In this document: piece by piece, positions 35,688 to 39,500 of the stretch | Layout: the number at the start of each line of letters is the position of its first letter | How positions within the stretch are numbered: position 1 is the stretch's first letter | The notes under the pieces: generated by a model | Told to the model about the DNA's origin: nothing | Database searches by the model: none | What the model saw: only the letters and a program-made list of their open reading frames with translations | Virus record (IMG/VR): IMGVR_UViG_3300037311_000303 | Coordinates: 1-39,500 of that record | Strand: one strand, 5' to 3' | Source: a virus | Taxonomy: Duplodnaviria; Caudoviricetes | DNA length: 39,500 nt | Program-made: the position numbers and the translations under genes

Positions 35688-36485
35688 TCAGAAGACGGGT
35701 TCATTGCCGAAGGGATTGCGCATGCCCTTCAAGGTCGGTTGGCCGCCGTAGTTCAATTCGTTGCGGAATTTCGGGCAGCCGTTCGGCCCCATCGTGCGAT
35801 CGCAGCCGGGCAGCGCGACGACGCGCGCATCCGGCGCTAGCGCGGCCGGGGTGAGCAGGCGCAAGGTGGTGCCTGCGTGCGTGACGATGAAGCGACGTTC
35901 GATGCCGAGCGTCGATGTCCACTGCAGCACGCCGCCATCGAAGTGGCCGTCGTCGAAGGCATCGAATGCCGCGGACATGACCGTGTAGCCGGTGGCATCG
36001 CTGAGCACGGCCGGGACGGCGTGCGCGTCCGGATCGGCATTGCACAGCCCCAGCCCCTGGCTGTAAAGCACCAGCGGACAGTTCGATTGCCAGTTTCGGC
36101 GCAACCCGAGGGTCTCGACTGCCGCGGCGAGCGACTGGCAACGCAACTTCGCCACGCGGTGCGTTTCGTCGAGATCCGCGACGTGCCCGGTCCAGCCCAA
36201 ACGCACCTGACCGTCCCGCACGCGCACGCGCTTGAGGTCCAATCGCAGCCGCAGGCCCGGCGGCACGGGGCGGAACAGGTTCAACAGCGGCAGCTCGAGT
36301 GGCGCGGTGATCTCCAGCGTGTTCCGTGCCTCTTCCGCCGACTGCGCGATCCGCCCACGTGTGAGCGCGACCGGCACATAGCGCTGGCCTTCGACGATCG
36401 CGACACGGCCGGCATCGGTGTAGCGCCAGTGGTGCAGTCCGATGGAGAAGTCGTACAGCTCGATCTCGCGCGAGAGCAGGGCCAT
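35688..36485 (-). CDS. DUF2163/BR0599-family phage tail protein
   Basis: ELYDF...WRYTD...QSNCPLVLY...C...PGCDRTMGPNGCPKFRNELNYGGQP (conserved Cys cluster). Confidence 0.85.
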   Translation of the reverse strand: MALLSREIELYDFSIGLHHWRYTDAGRVAIVEGQRYVPVALTRGRIAQSAEEARNTLEITAPLELPLLNLFRPVPPGLRLRLDLKRVRVRDGQVRLGWTGHVADLDETHRVAKLRCQSLAAAVETLGLRRNWQSNCPLVLYSQGLGLCNADPDAHAVPAVLSDATGYTVMSAAFDAFDDGHFDGGVLQWTSTLGIERRFIVTHAGTTLRLLTPAALAPDARVVALPGCDRTMGPNGCPKFRNELNYGGQPTLKGMRNPFGNEPVF

Positions 36486-36495
36486 GCGTGCGGAC

Positions 36496-38220
36496 TCAGG
36501 GCTCTTCCGCCGGAATCCCGGCGAAGGACACGGCGCAGTCGAGCAGACCGTCGCTGTCGGCGTGGTGGCGCAGTTCGACCGTGTCGCCCGCCAGCGTGAC
36601 CAGCGCCAGCCAGCTCACCAGGCGGACCTGTTCGGGGCGGACCACACGCCCCAGCGCGACGTCGATCCGCACACGTTCCTCACGTTCGTGTGTTTCAGGG
36701 TGGGGCGATTCGAGTTCGGTGGATGCTTCGACGGCGCGGTAGAAGACCGTGCCGTCGACGAGTTCGATGCGGAGGTGACGACGACCGGCCTGCTGGCGCA
36801 GGCTGCGACTCACCCCGCAGGCCGCGACGGTGAGCGTGAGTGCGGTCTCGCCGATCGTTTCGATCACCTCGAGATCGTCGGTCCAGGTCGGCAGCCACAG
36901 CGCCTCCGCCCGGCCTTGCAAGCCATAGAGCAGGCCGCGGTGTACGGCGCGCTCGGCGCGGCCGAACAACCGCCAGGCGTGCGACTGCGTGGTCCACGCC
37001 AGGCCCGACGCATCGTCAACCTGCGTGCGGCCGACGTCGCCATCGAGCAGATCGAAGCGACGGGCCAGGATCGCGCTCGGATCCCGGGTTTCGTCCGGGC
37101 GGTGTTCAAGGACGGGGAACCCGCGATAGCGCGTCGCCGGCAGTACCGCCGGCCAGTCGCAGGGTTCGGTCGCCTCGAAGCGCAGCTGCGCGGACATCAG
37201 CCGGTCGCTCAGCCGGCGCAACTCCGGCGCATCGGTCAGGCGCGCGGTGCGGCAGGGGATCAGGCGCGTGCCGACCGGCCACGCGCGGCGCGTCGGCGCA
37301 CGCAAGGACACACGACCGTTCGCGATCTGCGCGACTTCCACCAGTTCGTAGGTCACCACGTCGCGCCAGAGCATGGCGAGGCTGCCGACCGCAAAATCCA
37401 GACCGGTGGCGTCGACCGGGATCTCGACCGCGCCCGCTACCAGCGGCGCACCGAGCCGCCGCGTATCCACGAACACCGGCAGCGCCCACACCCGTGCCGT
37501 CCAGTCGAACAGCGCGTGCTCGACCCAGCGCCGCTCGCGCCGGTCGGCGAGGATGGCGAACTCCCACGACCGCCGCGGCGCCTCGCGCAGCGGCGTGCGG
37601 GTGACGGTGCCGGCGACGGCGATCTGGACATCGGTGAGCCAGGCGAGCGTTTCGGTCAGCGGCTCGGACCAGTCCGGCGGCAGCGACCAGGCGTTGAGGC
37701 GCAGGCCGTCGATCCGGATCGACCAGTTCGCGCCGTCCGCGAAGGACAGCACCGCCACCGCGTCGATCACCGGCGGGCCGTCGAGGCCGACGGTGAGGGT
37801 CAGCACCCGCTCCTGCAGCGGACGCAGCGCCAGCGGCAGCGCCCCCGGCACGGTGAGCGTGCTGCCGGCATCGCCCTCCAGGCGCAACGCAGTCAGCGTC
37901 TGCGGGACCGTGCGCCAGGCATTCCACACCGCGATCTCGCGGGTCAGTTCGGAGACGACGTTGCCGAGCGACAGCGCGGTCGGCAGGACGTGGACGCGGT
38001 CGAACAGGTCCTCCGCGAACCGGTGCGCGAGGCGCCCGGTCGCGGGCCAGCGCAGCGCCTCCGGCGCCCGAAACGCCCCTGCCCCTGCGGTCAGCCGCTC
38101 ACGCGCGTAGGTGCCAGGGGCGAACGCCCCCTCGCCGAGCGCGTTCAGTTCAATCGAGAGCATCGGGTTGGTCGCACCGAACGCCCGCGGCGTCGGCGCG
38201 AGGCCGATCAGTCCGGCCAT
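36496..38220 (-). CDS. Phage virion structural/tail protein
   Basis: Likely start ATG 38220 (overlaps the upstream stop); PDWSEPLTETLAWLTDV...LREAPRRSWEF...LQGRAEALWLPTW. Confidence 0.8.
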   Translation of the reverse strand: MAGLIGLAPTPRAFGATNPMLSIELNALGEGAFAPGTYARERLTAGAGAFRAPEALRWPATGRLAHRFAEDLFDRVHVLPTALSLGNVVSELTREIAVWNAWRTVPQTLTALRLEGDAGSTLTVPGALPLALRPLQERVLTLTVGLDGPPVIDAVAVLSFADGANWSIRIDGLRLNAWSLPPDWSEPLTETLAWLTDVQIAVAGTVTRTPLREAPRRSWEFAILADRRERRWVEHALFDWTARVWALPVFVDTRRLGAPLVAGAVEIPVDATGLDFAVGSLAMLWRDVVTYELVEVAQIANGRVSLRAPTRRAWPVGTRLIPCRTARLTDAPELRRLSDRLMSAQLRFEATEPCDWPAVLPATRYRGFPVLEHRPDETRDPSAILARRFDLLDGDVGRTQVDDASGLAWTTQSHAWRLFGRAERAVHRGLLYGLQGRAEALWLPTWTDDLEVIETIGETALTLTVAACGVSRSLRQQAGRRHLRIELVDGTVFYRAVEASTELESPHPETHEREERVRIDVALGRVVRPEQVRLVSWLALVTLAGDTVELRHHADSDGLLDCAVSFAGIPAEEP

Positions 38221-39140
38221 CAGGGCGCATCCCGCAGCGCGACGCCGAAGGTGCCGCTGTGCTGCGCACCGATCGGCCAACCGGCGCCATTGCGCTGCAC
38301 CGGGTGGACCGCGTGCAGCGGGTACGCCATCCAGCGCTCGGGGCCGTAGATCAGGGATTGACTCAGATCGAGGTGATCGAGTCGGCAATAGCGCGCGTGC
38401 GCGAACGTGGCGACGATCGTCTGGCCCTGCGCCTGTCGCGCGAGCAGCACGTCGATCGGCAACAGCACAGTGGCCTGATTGAACTGCGAAGGCAGCGCGT
38501 GGAGCAGGCCCGCCTTGTGCGAGACGCCGAGCAGATCGCCGGTCGCACCGCCATAGGACGTGCGCCAGGCCGGTACGCCCTCAAGCCCGCAGTGAATGAA
38601 CGACGAGTGATACGTGCCGGCGATGCTCGCGAAGAAGAATCCGAGCCCGTGGCCGTCATAGGGCGCCGCGCCGAGCTGGGTGCCGGCATTGGTGTCGATG
38701 TACACCTTCACGCCCGCGCGCGTGCCGTCGACATCGCCGCGGAAGGTGCCCGAGCACCACAGGCCGGTGCCGCCGATCTGCGGCATCGCCGACACGCCCC
38801 AGTTCAGGTGCTGGTGACGATCGACGTTGTAGCGCAGCACGCAGTAGATCTCGTCGGGCGCATCGAACGCATGCAGCACGTACACCGCCGGCCACTGAAT
38901 CGGCGCATTGACGAAGGACAACAGCTTCACCGATTGCGGACAGGCGCCGGTCAGCGCCCCACCCGCCTGCCCTGTCCCGGCCTGCAGGCGCAGTTCCGTC
39001 GCCGTCGCGGTCAGTTGCACGAAGGCGACGCCCTTGCTGAGGATGCCGTTCGCCAGCGTCCAGCCGCGTGCCGTGAGGGTCGTCTCGATGGCGATTTTCA
39101 GCGCCGCGAAGCTGGCGATCGGTCCGGTGAACGTCGCCAT
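38220..39140 (-). CDS. Phage virion structural protein
   Basis: 306 aa, coupled to both neighbours inside the tail operon. Confidence 0.75.
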   Translation of the reverse strand: MATFTGPIASFAALKIAIETTLTARGWTLANGILSKGVAFVQLTATATELRLQAGTGQAGGALTGACPQSVKLLSFVNAPIQWPAVYVLHAFDAPDEIYCVLRYNVDRHQHLNWGVSAMPQIGGTGLWCSGTFRGDVDGTRAGVKVYIDTNAGTQLGAAPYDGHGLGFFFASIAGTYHSSFIHCGLEGVPAWRTSYGGATGDLLGVSHKAGLLHALPSQFNQATVLLPIDVLLARQAQGQTIVATFAHARYCRLDHLDLSQSLIYGPERWMAYPLHAVHPVQRNGAGWPIGAQHSGTFGVALRDAP

Positions 39141-39500
39141 CAGGTCATCTCCACCGCGACGTAGTCGCGCCAGGTCGTGCGCGCGCCGTCCTGCAGCACC
39201 ACGAACGCGCGACCATTCACCGCGCGGATCGCATCGACCGCCTGACGCACGCTCATCCCGGCTTGATCGACGACCGTGCTGCCGTCGAGCTGCAGCACGT
39301 TCTCCGAAGCATTGTTGTAACCGGAGACCATGCTCACGCCGTCGAGGACGCCATAGAGGTTGCCGCTGCTGCTGTAGCCGCGCGCATCAAAGTCGTAGTC
39401 GCCGAAGCTCATCTCGTACAGTTCCAGCGGCTGCGGCTGGTGCAAGGTGCCGGCCGGCACCAGACAGCGGTAGCCGCTGCCGTTGCGACCCGCGTACTCG
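39140..39500 (-). CDS. Phage virion structural protein, C-terminal part (5' end outside the window)
   Basis: ...GNLYGVLDGVSMVSGYNNASEN...FVVLQDGARTTWRDYVAVEMT*. Confidence 0.7.
   Translation of the reverse strand, partial: EYAGRNGSGYRCLVPAGTLHQPQPLELYEMSFGDYDFDARGYSSSGNLYGVLDGVSMVSGYNNASENVLQLDGSTVVDQAGMSVRQAVDAIRAVNGRAFVVLQDGARTTWRDYVAVEMT

Larger units (their letters stand above)
5189..39500 (-). mobile_element. Prophage-like integrative element (serine integrase module, cargo, tail genes); true boundaries not determined
   Basis: Recombinase operon at one end and tail operon at the other, linked by the same 31-bp motif at 7477 and at 29654-32249. Confidence 0.75.

Noticed and set aside
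32692-39164. Long + strand ORFs (636, 635, 301 aa)
   Set aside because: Antisense shadows of the tail genes.
1-39500. tRNA/rRNA genes, IS elements and a defined att core
   Set aside because: None recognisable by eye; att identification needs the other prophage end or an empty-site genome.

Overview
GC-rich window, probably from a Lysobacterales (Xanthomonas/Lysobacter-like) genome; this is inferred from an XVIPCD-bearing effector and an RpfC-like kinase. Almost all genes are on the minus strand. From right to left: (i) a siphovirus-type tail/tail-tip module (32326-39500); (ii) an array of small genes in cassettes, each preceded by the same 31-bp motif CTTGGCTTC-N10-AGCGCGTTCATG, including three paralogues of one ~95-aa family (29112-32249); (iii) a lower-GC phosphorelay with an RpfC-like hybrid kinase, a stand-alone HPt protein and a LuxR/RcsB-type response regulator (24780-29016); (iv) three consecutive genes that each encode an internally duplicated CsrA/RsmA fold, flanked by CsrB-type CAGGA(T/C)G sites (23424-24684); (v) two toxin-immunity pairs: a DUF2235 lipase-PG-binding-XVIPCD effector broken by one in-frame TAG, and a 3007-aa signal-peptide/7xIg/SpvB/RHS toxin with a papain-like tip; (vi) a DUF2924-large serine recombinase-HTH integration module (5189-7654); (vii) a defence-like block with a PIN-like protein and a Druantia DruD/DruE-like pair running off the left edge. 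The best candidate for an undescribed system is a prophage-borne module of sensor kinase, response regulator and single-chain CsrA triad, sitting directly upstream of interbacterial weapons. All family calls come from reading motifs by eye, not from database searches.
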